From the NCBI RefSeq assembly GCF_000181795.1, contig NW_003526941.1, positions 750,266 to 810,359 of the forward strand: 60,094 bases of DNA. Reading direction: 5' to 3'. The position numbers and the translations under genes are program-made. Below, piece by piece: positions 1 to 14,129 of this stretch. The notes beneath the pieces were generated by a model. That model was not told where the DNA came from and searched no databases. It saw nothing but the letters and a program-made list of their open reading frames with translations. This DNA is from Trichinella spiralis (taxonomy: Eukaryota). Numbering within the stretch: position 1 is the first letter of the stretch; every line of letters begins with the position of its first letter.

Positions 1-984
1 GGAAAGTGAATACCAACTGGGGATTACAATATCCCATCCTGGACGAAAGGTTTCTTTCGAAAATGTACAATGGGCGAACACAGACAAATTCACACTGTTC
101 AAATCAGTGGTTGCTTTTGTGTCCAATTGGAAGACTAAACAATTTTCAAATTTATCCAATTGTGACGACACTTTTGAATCTCCGACAGTTATTTTCACTT
201 GTACACAAGCTTCTGAAAGTGAAAACAAGCGGGAATAATTTTTGGAAAAAACTAAACCAATTTCATTACCGTGAGAATCAGGTGATTGTGTGTATGGATT
301 TTTCTCCAGAGAATTAATAGCAGCTTGGAAAACAGTGTGCATTTGTGATTGATCATCGAGAAATTGCATTTGCTCACGTTTGTATTGAACAGAAAAAGGC
401 TTAGTCAAAGGACAACGAGTAAAATTCCAGCACGTATCCAACGTGCAAGTTGAATCGAGAATAAAAGAAAAATTGTACATTTGTGGCATGGCGGATATCC
501 GACGCAACGGTAAGTGTACTTCTGGATAATTCGCTTCAACCGCATCTCTGTAATTGTCTTCAGCACTGGCAATTGCCATTTTCAGCGTGTTCAACTTGTA
601 AACCATTGCTTGTACATTTTGTTGCATGTTTTCGGCATGTTTCCGCAACAAAGTTAATTCTGTTAACAGCGCTCCTCGTTTCTCCTCCAGCAATAATAAT
701 TCATCATTTACAGAGTGCTTTAGACGGTTTAAATCTGCATTAGCATCAGTTTCTTCCAGCATATCAACACTGTACTGCGCCTCGTGGAAAAAATGAAAAG
801 CATCCATCGGGAAAACGGCTGATTGTTGTTGTACAAGTGGCAAATTGGAATTGAATACTACAGGCCACAGCCATCGCATCCACATTATCATAGTGATCAA
901 AAACAACGAAAATATAAAATATCTATATCTCAGAAGAGTACGTAAATAGAAACAGAAATAAAAATTGTAAAAATACCACAACAT
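1..984 (-). CDS. EXTL3: Exostosin-like 3 (EXTL3/rib-2) heparan sulfate GlcNAc transferase, 5' part; runs off the window's left edge
   Basis: Not in the ORF track; manual translation from ATG at 984 gives a hydrophobic type II anchor (YFIFSLFLITMIMWMRWLW), a coiled coil ending KMAIASAEDNYRDAVEANYPEVHLPLRR, then CTLDTCWNFTRCPLTKPF and ETFRPGWDIVIP, matching exostosin-domain motifs. Probable 57-nt intron at 213-269. Confidence 0.85.
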   Translation of the reverse strand, partial: MLWYFYNFYFCFYLRTLLRYRYFIFSLFLITMIMWMRWLWPVVFNSNLPLVQQQSAVFPMDAFHFFHEAQYSVDMLEETDANADLNRLKHSVNDELLLLEEKRGALLTELTLLRKHAENMQQNVQAMVYKLNTLKMAIASAEDNYRDAVEANYPEVHLPLRRISAMPQMYNFSFILDSTCTLDTCWNFTRCPLTKPFSVQYKREQMQFLDDQSQMHTVFQAAINSLEKNPYTQSPDSHGNEIGLVFSKNYSRLFSLSEACVQVKITVGDSKVSSQLDKFENCLVFQLDTKATTDLNSVNLSVFAHCTFSKETFRPGWDIVIPSWYSLS

Positions 985-1573
985 CAAGTCAAACTAACCA
1001 GTCTCTGTGCACAAAAAATGCGAATTGCCTGTAGCAAGTAAAACAATTTTAAATATTTTTTTGACATTTATTTCAAATCAAATTATTTCAGCAATCACGT
1101 AAGATTGAAATTACGCATCCATTTCTTTGAGACAATTACACATTTAGAGTAAAATTTATTGATGCACAAGGATTACATACAGTAATACTGTTTATAGTAT
1201 TCTTGCATACGTCCATGTGAATTAAACGAAGCTGTTCATTCTTCAGGTAATATTTTAAAATTCAAATAACATAAATGTTAAAATGCAATTAATTATGAAA
1301 AGATCTTTTATTAATATGAGAATAAATATTTGTTATTTGATTTAAAGTTAATAATAAAATCATCGAATAGCAGTTTTTTATGTAGAAAAATGTTTTGAAC
1401 TATCTTAATATATTTTACTCTAATTGTTATAATTTTTAAGTGATATAAAATTTTGCTAATGATTGTACCTGCAGTCAATATTAACATGCGGTAATGCACG
1501 CGATACTCTATTCCCGCCTTGTTGTATTTTAGCTAGTCGAAGGAATTACTGAAATTGAATACATTTCGTAAAA

Positions 1574-2260
1574 ATGGTGGAAATCAAAGCTGAAATGACA
1601 ACTCTTGATTATTTTGCTCCATTAATTGTTTTTGTTTTATTTTTTCTTATCATTTTTATCATCTCAGCAACGTGTATTCTGTGGTGTTGTATTGGAAAGG
1701 AAGACGAACAAACCGTCTTTTCTAAGGTTAGTTCTATTTTCTATTACTGATCCATTGTTTAATTTTTACATTGAATGTCAGTAACTTTTATATGTGCAAA
1801 TTGTGCGATGTTAATTTTTGTAATTTGTATTGAATTTGAAGTCATGTTTTTAATGCATTTTAATATTTTGCTTTCAGTATTTCTTATTTTTGTAATGCGC
1901 GTAGGACAGCGTTTGTTGTCACTGCTAGAACTGTAGAAAGAAAGACAAAAGCCGCGTTGTTATTTATTTTACTCTTATCAGATTTATATAATCTGAAAAT
2001 AAATATTTGCTTGTTCCTTTACTATTGTGAAAACGCAGTCATTTCTGTAAATAGCAAATCAGGTAGTTATAAGTAAAATCAGTTGCAATTTAGAGGTACC
2101 TTTTTGAAATAATTACAATTTTTTTATTTAAATTTAAAGAAGTTATTTTTCTTTCCATTTTATATAAATTAAGCGTTTTCTTATTCTAAATATGTGTGTA
2201 AAATTTCAGCGACGATCACGGGCATACAGAGTGGATACAAGCAAAGAAAGAAGACTCTGA
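1574..2260 (+). CDS. Small (67 aa) single-pass membrane protein, 2 exons
   Basis: Exon 1 1574-1726 MVEIKAEMTTLDYFAPLIVFVLFFLIIFIISATCILWCCIGKEDEQTVFSK ends at AAG|gttag; exon 2 after tttcag at 2210-2260 gives RRSRAYRVDTSKERRL*. One clear TM helix followed by a Cys pair. Confidence 0.65.
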
Positions 2261-3038
2261 AGGCTTTTCTTTACACCGAAAATGTCCATTTCGAAGCTTT
2301 CAGCAAAATTATGTTTATTATGGCAATCCCGTTGATCAGATTGAAATTTGTTTTGTTTTTCTCATCGCATAAGCGATGAGATGATTATACAATGATGTTG
2401 ATTTGCGAAGTGAAATTTTTTAAATATCCGTATCTCTTTTGTCCATACATTCTTAAATATCAGATCATCTAATTGTATTTAACCGCTCTTTGTGTAAATT
2501 TGAATATGAATAAAATGATTGCGGTTAGTATTTTCAAAGTGTTTTATTTCATAATATTGTGACTTGCTGTATTCAATATTTACGCTTGAGTATCTGTAAT
2601 ACTGTAATGTGTGTTTGCCTTCAATTTGGTCAGTTGTTTTGAGGTAATCTTCAATTTAACGTACACGTTAAAATTAAAAGTGATTTTTGCTTAAATTTAA
2701 GAAAGCACTGTAAATTCGTGTGCAATCGAGTGCTTTTTAATTTTCAAGAAATGTTAACCAATGTTAAATATTTTTCATTTACATTGTTAAATAAAATTTT
2801 TGCAAATTTTTTGTATGGAGGAAGGGGCTTTCTAACGATTTTTGAAGCTCAGAGAAGTTAAATGTGTAATTTTGAAATGCTCAGGCTGTCAGTAACATGA
2901 AGAAATACGTTTCAACATTGCTTGTTATTTTTGATTTTAAATCTTCGAAGAGTTATCTTTATTATGTGAAAATTTTTCTGTTTCAAATCATTTCTGTAGC
3001 ATATCGATTTTATATGGAATTTATTTTTCAGAAACAAC

Positions 3039-5301
3039 ATGTCTTATTTCAAGGAGACAGAAATAATCAGCTATTATCCTGGTGGACGGCCGCCAACTGA
3101 TGAAGAAGTTTATTTCCAGTCTTTTAAAGTAAAAGTTTGGAAAATGCGTGTTCGATAATACAAATGGTTGTATTTTTCAGTTTCCAGTTACATTTGAAGA
3201 AATTGCTCCGATTACCGATGTCGATTTGTGCGCTGTTGAGCCGTACAGATGTGCGGTGTCTTGTTCTGCTAAAGTACTAGTGATAAAATTATGCTTAATG
3301 CATTATAATATCAATTTAATTCAGGTACAATTATACGATTGTAAGGCAATGCAACAAACGCAGACGCTGGGAAATTTTAGGAGAACAGCATATGGAGGAA
3401 GTTTTCGAAATGATGGAAGATTGTTAGTTGCTGGTGGAGAAGATAAAAAAGTGAAAGTATTTAATTTGGACACGCTTTCGATTTCAAGATGTTTTGAAGG
3501 ACATACATGGTTTTATTTTATTTATTACTTTCTTTTTACTGAACATTAATAATGAAATTTGCTTTTGTTTAGTTCTGTTCGTGCTTGCAAGTTTACTTCA
3601 ACTGGTTACAAAGTTGTCTCGTTTTCAGACGATGCGACTATAAAATTGTGGGATTTGGGGAGCGAAAGCTTATGTCGCGATTTTCTTTCGCACAAGGTAC
3701 TTGATAATTTTAATAAAAAGTTATATAGCTAAATGAAATGTAGTATATGTTAAAATTGTATAAGAGGAACAATAGCACCAAAGAGTTAATTTCAACATAA
3801 AGAATATGTGGTGCTTTTTCTATCATTACGATAAACTATATTTTAAATAAACTTTATCAATTTAGGATAGTATTCGCTGCGGCGTTTGCAGAGATGAAAA
3901 TTTTATTATTTCTGGTTAGTTTCCATGCAATTTTATTTCAATTGTTTTATTGTTATGTCAACTGATAGTCTCATCTGTACAGGATCTTATGACCACACAG
4001 TATGCTTATGGGATAACCGGCAGCAGAATCCTGTTATGCAACTTGAACATTCATTTCCTATTGAAAGTGTTGCTCTTCATATCAATGACAGTATGCTTCT
4101 TACAGCTGGTAAATTAAAATAAATGCTAAATTGTTGAATAAAGTATAATAAACGACTTTCAGGTGGTACAGTTGTCACCGTTTGGGATCTTGTAGCTGGG
4201 AAAGTTTTAGCCAAGCTCAGTCAACATCATAAAACAATTACTTGCGTTCGTTTTTGTACAAGTTACAAAAGAATTTTGTCAGGCTCATTGGACAGGTATG
4301 CCATTTGGGAGATTTTAGCATCAATTATACGTCTATCATATTTAGGCATATCAAAGTGTATGATTTGAATTCATTCAGCAATGTACACAGCATGGAATAC
4401 CCTAGTCCTATTCTATCATTTGATATTAAGGTTTGATTTGAAACGATTTTGCATTATTTTTAATTTTTATTTCTATTTTTCAGAGTGATGACCGTTATCT
4501 CGTTGTTGGCATGAACAGTGGACTTGTTTCTTTTAAAGAACGTAAAGCAAAGGCAAAAACTGTTTCAAAGAAATCTCGAAAATTGCAAATGAGAAAAGTA
4601 TGACATTTTCTGTCAAATTCTTTATGAATTTTGCATATATTTTTTCAGTTTGACGTCGTCGTACCACGGGACGAAAGACAGTGGTTACCGAAACATGATT
4701 TTATGTTGAAAACATTTGAACATCGAGCTGCTTTAGACTATGTTATAAAAGTAAATTATATGACGCAGTTGTATATTTTTTAAACATTAATGCAAATATG
4801 AATTTGCAGCCGTCCCAAAGCAACAAAAAACCCGAGGTGGCTGTGTCTATTTTCTTGGAATTGATAAGGCGTGGAGCGTTGATTAAAGCATTGAGAAAAC
4901 GTCCAGAAGTGGAATTAATGCCTATACTTAAATTTATTAACAAGTATGCCTTTAATAAATATTCTCCACTGTTTATAGTAGAAGAAATATTATTTTTGCA
5001 GATTTTTGAACAACGTCAGATTTACAGAAATTCTGTTAACTGTTGTTGAAAAATTATTAGGTAATTATTATACGTATACTTGTTTCAGCTTTTTAATCGT
5101 GCTGGTTTATTTGTAGATATTTACGGGCCTGCAATGTTAGAACTAAGTGAAAATGTTCGGCACGAGTTTAAAAAAATGAAACATTTTATGAATGCAGAAG
5201 CACAGCAGTTGAAAAAAATTGCTTGCGCAACTGGCACGTTGAGTGTGGTTTTAGCTCTGGCCAGGGAAAAGCCTGGTGAAAGCAAAATGGAAATCGAGTG
5301 A
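3039..5301 (+). CDS. UTP15: U3 snoRNA-associated protein 15 (WD40 + UTP15 C-terminal domain), multi-exon
   Basis: Exon peptides FRNDGRLLVAGGED, CTGSYDHTVCLWD, HHKTITC, LSGSLD, KKPEVAVSIFLELIRRG, separated by short GT-AG introns; ATG at 3039 just after a ttttcag acceptor. Confidence 0.88.
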
Positions 5302-5930
5302 ACTACTGAAGGTTCGAAATAAAATGCTTTTCAAAGTGAAGCAATGCTGCTCAGAATGTGTTGTTCAATTGCTATTATTTGGATAAGTTTATATTTTTTG
5401 AAATAATACTGAAAAATGAGCATTTTGCACATTAATTAGCAATAATGTTTGTGAATGTGAATACTTTTAGTTTAACAAGAGAAATGTAAATTATATAATT
5501 GCCATCAATATATAGCTTTTGTTAATTATTGCATTGGAAAAGTACTTTACCTATGTTCAAACTTAAATAGTCATTTATTTCGATCGTTTTTTTTGTTAAG
5601 AAATAGATTTCATTGAGAAATGAAGTGCTGTCAATTTCTGGTAATCAATGTTTGCTGCTTATTACTCTTGGTATACTTTTATAAAATATATTTAAAATAT
5701 TTAATTATTATTTATTAAAATAAATTTTAAAAATTTAATATTATTTAATTATTTTAAGATTACATAATCTAATTTAAAATTATAGTAAGAAATAAAATAA
5801 AGCGAACGAACGTGATTATTACAAACTACTAACCTTGCTACAGTATGCAGAAAACTATTTGTATTTATTAGTTGGCGCAACCTTTTTTCATTTATTTTGG
5901 CATTCGTCTCTTGAATATACTTAATCATAT

Positions 5931-6790
5931 ATGGTATGGTTAGATTATTTGTTCAATTGAAATGACGCCGTTTTATTTTAGCTTTTCTTTTCTTTCTTCA
6001 AATCTTTGATAGGCAAGGAAGTGGTGGTCGAGTTGAAGAATGATCTTTCGTGAGTTGTCTTGTTGTTTTCAGTAAAATTTGAAAAAATTTCATTTACAGC
6101 AGCGTTTTACATTTACATTTAAATTTAAAACATTTACAACCAATTACATATTATCTTAAATGATTTGTTGATGTTTGTTTATTCTGTGTAGTGTTTTCAA
6201 ATTGTTCATACAAATTGTCAATAATGATATTTATTTCGGAATTGATTTTTGATAATAAATAAATTATTTAAGTTAGTTTAGTAGAAGTTTTATGTCTTAC
6301 ATCATAGTGTAAGGGGTTTGGTTTCTCTGTTACTTTTTTTGTAATTGAATTTCTTTGGTAGAATGAGGTTTTAATTTTTAATTATGCTGTTGTAGAATTT
6401 AATAATTTAAGAAAGAAAATTTTTTGCTTGAATTTGCATTTTTTAGTTTTAATTAACTTTTTTATTTTGTATTTTTTAAGTTATGATTTTATTTTAGCAT
6501 TACTGGCAATTTGCATTCTGTTGATCAGTACTTGAATCTGAAATTAAATGACGTTTCTATTTCTGATCCAGAAAAGTATCCACATTTGGTATATATGTCT
6601 ATTATTTTGATGTGTCTGTTTAGTATATTATTATTTACTTTGAGCATATTCACGTTCATTTTAGGTCTCAGTGAAGAACTGTTTTATAAGAGGATCCGTC
6701 GTGCGTTACGTTCATTTGCCAGCGGATGAAGTTGATACTCAACTTTTGCAAGATGCCACGCGCAAAGAGCATATGCTATCTAGAAAATAA
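5931..6790 (+). CDS. LSM2: U6 snRNA-associated Sm-like protein LSm2, 4 coding exons (first is the ATG only)
   Basis: ATG|gtatgg at 5931; then LFFSFFKSLIGKEVVVELKNDLS / ITGNLHSVDQYLNLKLNDVSISDPEKYPHL / VSVKNCFIRGSVVRYVHLPADEVDTQLLQDATRKE; TAA at 6788-6790. Confidence 0.93.
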
Positions 6791-6923
6791 TTAAATTAAA
6801 ATTTTTTATTAAACTTGCATTTTTTAGAATTATTTTTAGTGAATTTCAATGTGTATTTTTCCATTGCCATACATTTTCTGTTGCAGTAAGTTATAACGTT
6901 TGTGATTTCATTTTGTATTAGGC

Positions 6924-7412
6924 ATGCTTACAACAAGGTCTGCATGTCGACTTATTTCGGCCTCTGTTTCGAAAAGCTACCCGAAATTTACACATTTACT
7001 TACTGTTAAGCCGTTTCATCCAGCTTGTATAAGTTTGCGCATAGTTCGGCCAGTTCAGTTGTCTTTTGTTCGTCAGTGTTCGTCTGTGAAATGTGTGGCG
7101 AATTCTGTATTGGACAACACCACAGATGCGGTGGATAATTTTCATGGAGAAAAATTTCTTCTTGTTTATACGTGTTGCCGTTGTAACACGCGCGATAGCA
7201 AATTTATATCCAAAATTGGCTATCAGAAAGGTGTGGTTTTAGTCAAGTGTTCTGGATGCAGCAATTATCATATAATTGCTGACAATTTGAAATGGTTCTC
7301 TGATTTGAACGGTAAGAAAAATGTTGAACAGATATTGGCAGAGAAAGGCGAACATGTGCGCAAAATATCACTTTTTGAATTTGTTGATAATTTCTCCAAC
7401 GAGAAGCATTAA
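6924..7412 (+). CDS. DNLZ: Mitochondrial DNL-type zinc finger protein (Zim17/Hep1), intronless
   Basis: Arg/Ser-rich presequence then YTCCRCNTR...ISKIGYQKGVVLVKCSGCSNYHIIADNLKWF...KKNVEQILAEKGEHV (zf-DNL signature). Confidence 0.93.
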   Translation: MLTTRSACRLISASVSKSYPKFTHLLTVKPFHPACISLRIVRPVQLSFVRQCSSVKCVANSVLDNTTDAVDNFHGEKFLLVYTCCRCNTRDSKFISKIGYQKGVVLVKCSGCSNYHIIADNLKWFSDLNGKKNVEQILAEKGEHVRKISLFEFVDNFSNEKH

Positions 7413-7599
7413 ATGTTTTATTGTTGATATATGGTTTTCATTTGTTCACTGAAGGTTTTGTTGACCATATATATCTAACATAATACATACATGTATATAT
7501 GTATGCATGTATGTATGTATTATTTTGTTTGGTTATTGTTGTTGGATTTTTTGTTGATTTGTCAGCTTTGTTTAGTTTATTTTGTGAAGTTTGTCAAAG

Positions 7600-8055
7600 A
7601 TGGGACGAATGCACAATCCTGGTAAAGGTATTTCCAAGTCGGCTTTGCCGTATCGACGGTCGTTGCCAGTTTGGCAAAAGATGTCAGCTGAAGATGTGAA
7701 AGAGCAAATATACAAGTTGGCAAAGCGTGGTTTGCGTCCATCACAGATTGGTGTGATTCTTCGGGACAGTCAAGGCATTGCTCAGGTGCGCTGGGCAACC
7801 GGAAATAAAATTTTGCGCATTTTGAAAGCAAAAGGTTTGGCTCCAGAAATTCCCGAAGATCTGTACCATCTTATCAAAAAAGCAGTCAACATTCGCAAGC
7901 ATTTGGAAAGAAATCGCAAGGACAAAGATAGCAAGTTTCGCCTGATTCTGGTCGAAGCGCGCATTCATCGTCTTGCACGATATTATAAGACGAAGAGGCA
8001 ATTGCCTCCTACGTGGAAATATGAATCTTCCACTGCTTCGGCGCTTGTTTCTTGA
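7600..8055 (+). CDS. RPS13: 40S ribosomal protein S13 (uS15), intronless
   Basis: [20 protein letters not shown]...[13 protein letters not shown]...[25 protein letters not shown]...[13 protein letters not shown]; full length and intact. Confidence 0.98.
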   Translation: MGRMHNPGKGISKSALPYRRSLPVWQKMSAEDVKEQIYKLAKRGLRPSQIGVILRDSQGIAQVRWATGNKILRILKAKGLAPEIPEDLYHLIKKAVNIRKHLERNRKDKDSKFRLILVEARIHRLARYYKTKRQLPPTWKYESSTASALVS

Positions 8056-8211
8056 TTCATTAGCTAAAAATGAGCTAATTAAATGAGGAATGAAATAAAA
8101 TTATTGTTTTGTTGTTTACTTAATTCCATCATGTGATTTTCTCACCAATTATATTGTTTTGCTTTTTCAAAATTTTACTATCTAATCGCTTTTGTCTTAA
8201 TGTGAAAGAAA

Positions 8212-9410
8212 ATGTCTGCGAAGCTGTATCCAACCCACATCCCAACCACAGGCTTGCAGAAGGCAATTTTAGCTTCTGGTTCAGCGTTAACGGCAATTTT
8301 AAGTCCATGGAGAGGTGGTAAGTCATTCTTTTTCCTTCTGTATTTCTGTTTCAAGGAAGTTGTCGTTGAGATGCCGTAGCGTGTATGGGAGAAACTACTG
8401 CTGGATGGGTACTTCCAAAAATTTACCAACGCATGATGGAAGATTCAGAAGGCCAGCGCATTTTATTGTAGGTAATTATTATTCTTAACGATTTATTGTT
8501 TAAAGTATTCATTATTTCACTTTTGAGAGAAAAACCTAGAATTCAAGATGATACTATTTCCTTGGAGCAGCTTCGAAACATGCCTGACTCCACATTAGGA
8601 CGAGAGTACGCGCGGTTTTTAGATCGTTTGGTATTGTATATGGTTGCTTGTTTGAAAATTTATTATTACAAATAGGGTATCAGTATTTTTCACACTTTGA
8701 ATAACTTTAACATTAAAATTCGCATGTCGGATTTTAACACATCGTAAATTATAATGACTAATACGTATTCACTATCACTGTTATGTATTAATAGATGACT
8801 AAAGACTAAAATTTTGAATGAAAAGTTTGTATTTTTATATTAGTATTGTTGTTATTGTTGAGTAGAAAACAACGCCAAGCGCAAGGCCAAATGTGCAGTT
8901 TGTCGACGACGTGGAATTGGCATATGTAATGACTCGCTATCGTGAGACGCACGACCTGTTCCACACGCTTTTACAAATGCCAACAAATATTCTGGGCGAG
9001 GTGATGGTCAAATGGTTCGAAGGAATTCAATTTGGTTTTCCTATGTGCATCACCGGTGGTCTGTTTGGTGCTTTTAGACTTTATCCGAAGTAAGCGATAC
9101 TGGATTTTTATTTTTCTTTTCACTTAAACATATAGTAAAGGTTGCTTTTGGAAAACTTATAAATAATCGAACAGTAAACATATATAATTTAATTAAATTG
9201 AAAAATATTATTGTTGTTTGTCTCAGTTTGGAAACTGTGCAAAATTTCAGGCAGAGAGAATTGTTTCGCTTGCATCTGAATTGGATTGTCCATAATGCGA
9301 AGCATAGTCGGTTTTTGATGAATGTATACTGGGAAAATTATTGGACTGCTGATTTGCGTGAACTGCGCGCAAGTTTGAACTTGGATGAACCTCCTGAACT
9401 TTTGAAATAA
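8212..9410 (+). CDS. COQ4: Ubiquinone biosynthesis protein COQ4, multi-exon
   Basis: [68 protein letters not shown] (HDxxH-x11-E motif); [10 protein letters not shown]. Confidence 0.93.
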
Positions 9411-9495
9411 TTTAATATTAAATTTCTGCAATCACATTTGATTTTACACTTTTTGGTCATTTGGTTTCAAACCACAGAGATGATGAAATATTTTT

Positions 9496-9498
<3 letters not shown>

Positions 9499-9552
<54 letters not shown>
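9499..9552. repeat. (AT)27 microsatellite between COQ4 and FCF2
   Basis: Perfect dinucleotide run read directly. Confidence 0.95.
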
Positions 9553-9554
<2 letters not shown>

Positions 9555-9632
9555 AATAATTTTGTTGATTTATTATTTGTGCAGTTCATTGTAGAATATA
9601 GTTGAATAGAAGCGTTTATTCTATTGAAAAAG

Positions 9633-10580
9633 ATGTCCAATGAAGGTGATCATCCTGCTAAAACAGTTATGAATCGGATAACAGAAAATATACGCGCTTA
9701 CAAGTTTGTTTTTCCTTAATCATTCAATCACTGAATCACAAAACATATTCCATGAGAAATGTGTTTCCAGATTTGGTCCATCGACTTCAATCGATGCAAG
9801 CATTGATGAAGATGATTTACCTATGACTTATGGATTTGAAGCTTTGGTTTCTGATGATAAAGGCAATATTGTTAATGAACTGATGAAAAAATCAGTAATT
9901 GGAGACAATTTTGAACAGTTGCACGCCGTTCCAACGAAAATGTCTAGAAGGGCAAAGAAATTATTGAAAAAGGTGTGTAATTTTTTTTTCTAATAATGTA
10001 ATGGAGAACTGAACGTTTTGAATCTTTTTATAATACAGAAAGAACAGCAAGGAACCAAAGGTGCGGGTTGGTTCCATATGCCAGCAACTGAGATGACTGC
10101 TGATAGGAAACGTGATTTGCAACTTATTCAAATGCGCAGCATAATCGATTCTAAAGCGTTTTATCGTCGAAATTTTCAAAAAGCGCTTCCAAAGTATTAT
10201 GAAGTAGGTTGAAACTTTGAATTTTTTTTTACCATTCTTTGATAATTCTTTCTGATTCTCTGATACTTCAGTTTTATTCATTTATAATTCTTTGTACACT
10301 AGATTGGACGAGTTGTGGACAATCCCATTGATTTTTACAGTTCGAGAATTCCGAAAAAGCAACGAAAAGCAACCATTGCAGATGAATTGTTGGCTGATAA
10401 TGAACTGAATAAGTATTATAATGTTACATTTAATTATTTTATGTATATTAAGCATTAATGTTGTTGTTTCTTTCACTGCTTAGCGTGTGTAAGATGAAAT
10501 ACAAAGAGGTAATGTCAAGGAAGCTTTCCCGAAAGCGCTTGCTTCAAAGAAAAAACAAGCAAAAAGAAAAGAAACAATAA
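9633..10580 (+). CDS. FCF2: Fcf2-domain pre-rRNA processing protein (FCF2/DNTTIP2-like), multi-exon
   Basis: TKGAGWFHMPATEMTADRKRDLQLIQMRSIIDSKAFYRR...LPKYYEIGRVVDNPIDFYSSRIPKKQRKATIADELLAD; Lys/Arg-rich C-terminus, TAA at 10578-10580. Confidence 0.88.
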
Positions 10581-11360
10581 ACAAAACGGAGCTTCAGTAC
10601 TCCTTTGATTTCTTTACCGTAAAAATGTTTTCTGGTAAAAGGAATAAACCTGCTTATCTGATTCTATATTGTTGCTCAAAGGTTTGCGAAAGATAATAAT
10701 AAACTAATGGAATTTCATGACTGTTTTCAGTTTATCAAGGAAAAATAATATGCATACTTATAGTAAGTTATTAGTGGTATTGATGATGCAATTAAAAGTG
10801 AATTTATAAAAGGTGAGTGAATTTTCTTTTACCTTTGACGTGGCTAATAGTTTGCAGTAAGCTATTCTTACTGTAGTATTAATAAAGTCATAGCTGACTT
10901 TTTAATGTTTGTGCTATATATTCTTAAGCAGCTGTTCTTTTATAATATATAAGCAGTTCTGATTATGCAATACGCATACATTTCTTAATCGAAGTGTAAT
11001 ATTTTATGCATTCAATGCAGAAACAGTTTAACTTTGATCTTGAAGATCAACGTGTTTTCTTACTGTATTTTTTTCCAATTTAGCTATTTTTTTGAAATTT
11101 TAATATTATTCCTTCTTATTAGTGATGCCGTATCTTTAGACTATCATAGTTGTGTGAATTGTATTAGGAAAACACTTTTTTGAAAATTTATGTCCATTTT
11201 TTTGATAGTTTTTTTTCAGCGAAATAGTTGCCGTTGAAGTGAACAGCATTATTTTTAAAATTGTCTTAAAATATTTAGCATAAGTTAAAACTGTATTGTA
11301 ACTTTCACACTTTTTGATTTTTCTTTTTAGATTTCAAATTCATTTTTTAAGAGCACAGAA

Positions 11361-13557
<2,197 letters not shown>

Positions 13558-14129
13558 AGTTAATTCTTTTTTTTTTCTTTACTCATTTTATTTTGAAATG
13601 GTTTTCTCAAAAGATTTAAGTACTTTTTAGTTTAACTTACATTTTGCTGTTCCTATTTATGGAGATTAAGAACTGCAAATTTATTTGCATTTACATTTGT
13701 CTGCACATTAATTCTACCCTAGCAAGTTGCAGATTAAAAATGTAAAAGTGCTTATCAAGACAGCACTTTTAAAATAAATTTCTCAAACGCTTTTTTATTA
13801 GCAAAACTTGCGCCAATTTTACAAAATGTTTTTCATTTATCTTTTTAATTAGTTCAAAATTTGAAACTAACGAAAAGTTGTAGAAATAATTTCTTCGGAA
13901 AAAATCTTGGCAGCTGTTAAATCTAGTAATAAATAAGTAGTCGTTGAATGGTAATTTTCTTTATTGCTAAATAATAAATTATAAAACTGGTTATAAAATG
14001 TATTTTGCTAAAATATTTTGACAGTATTCTAAAAATACTTGAATATATTAAATCTACAGTATCTACAATAAGTCATTCTTGAAATGGTCAGTGGATTGTA
14101 CTGGGTCCTGGTAGAAATTTTGACAAAGG

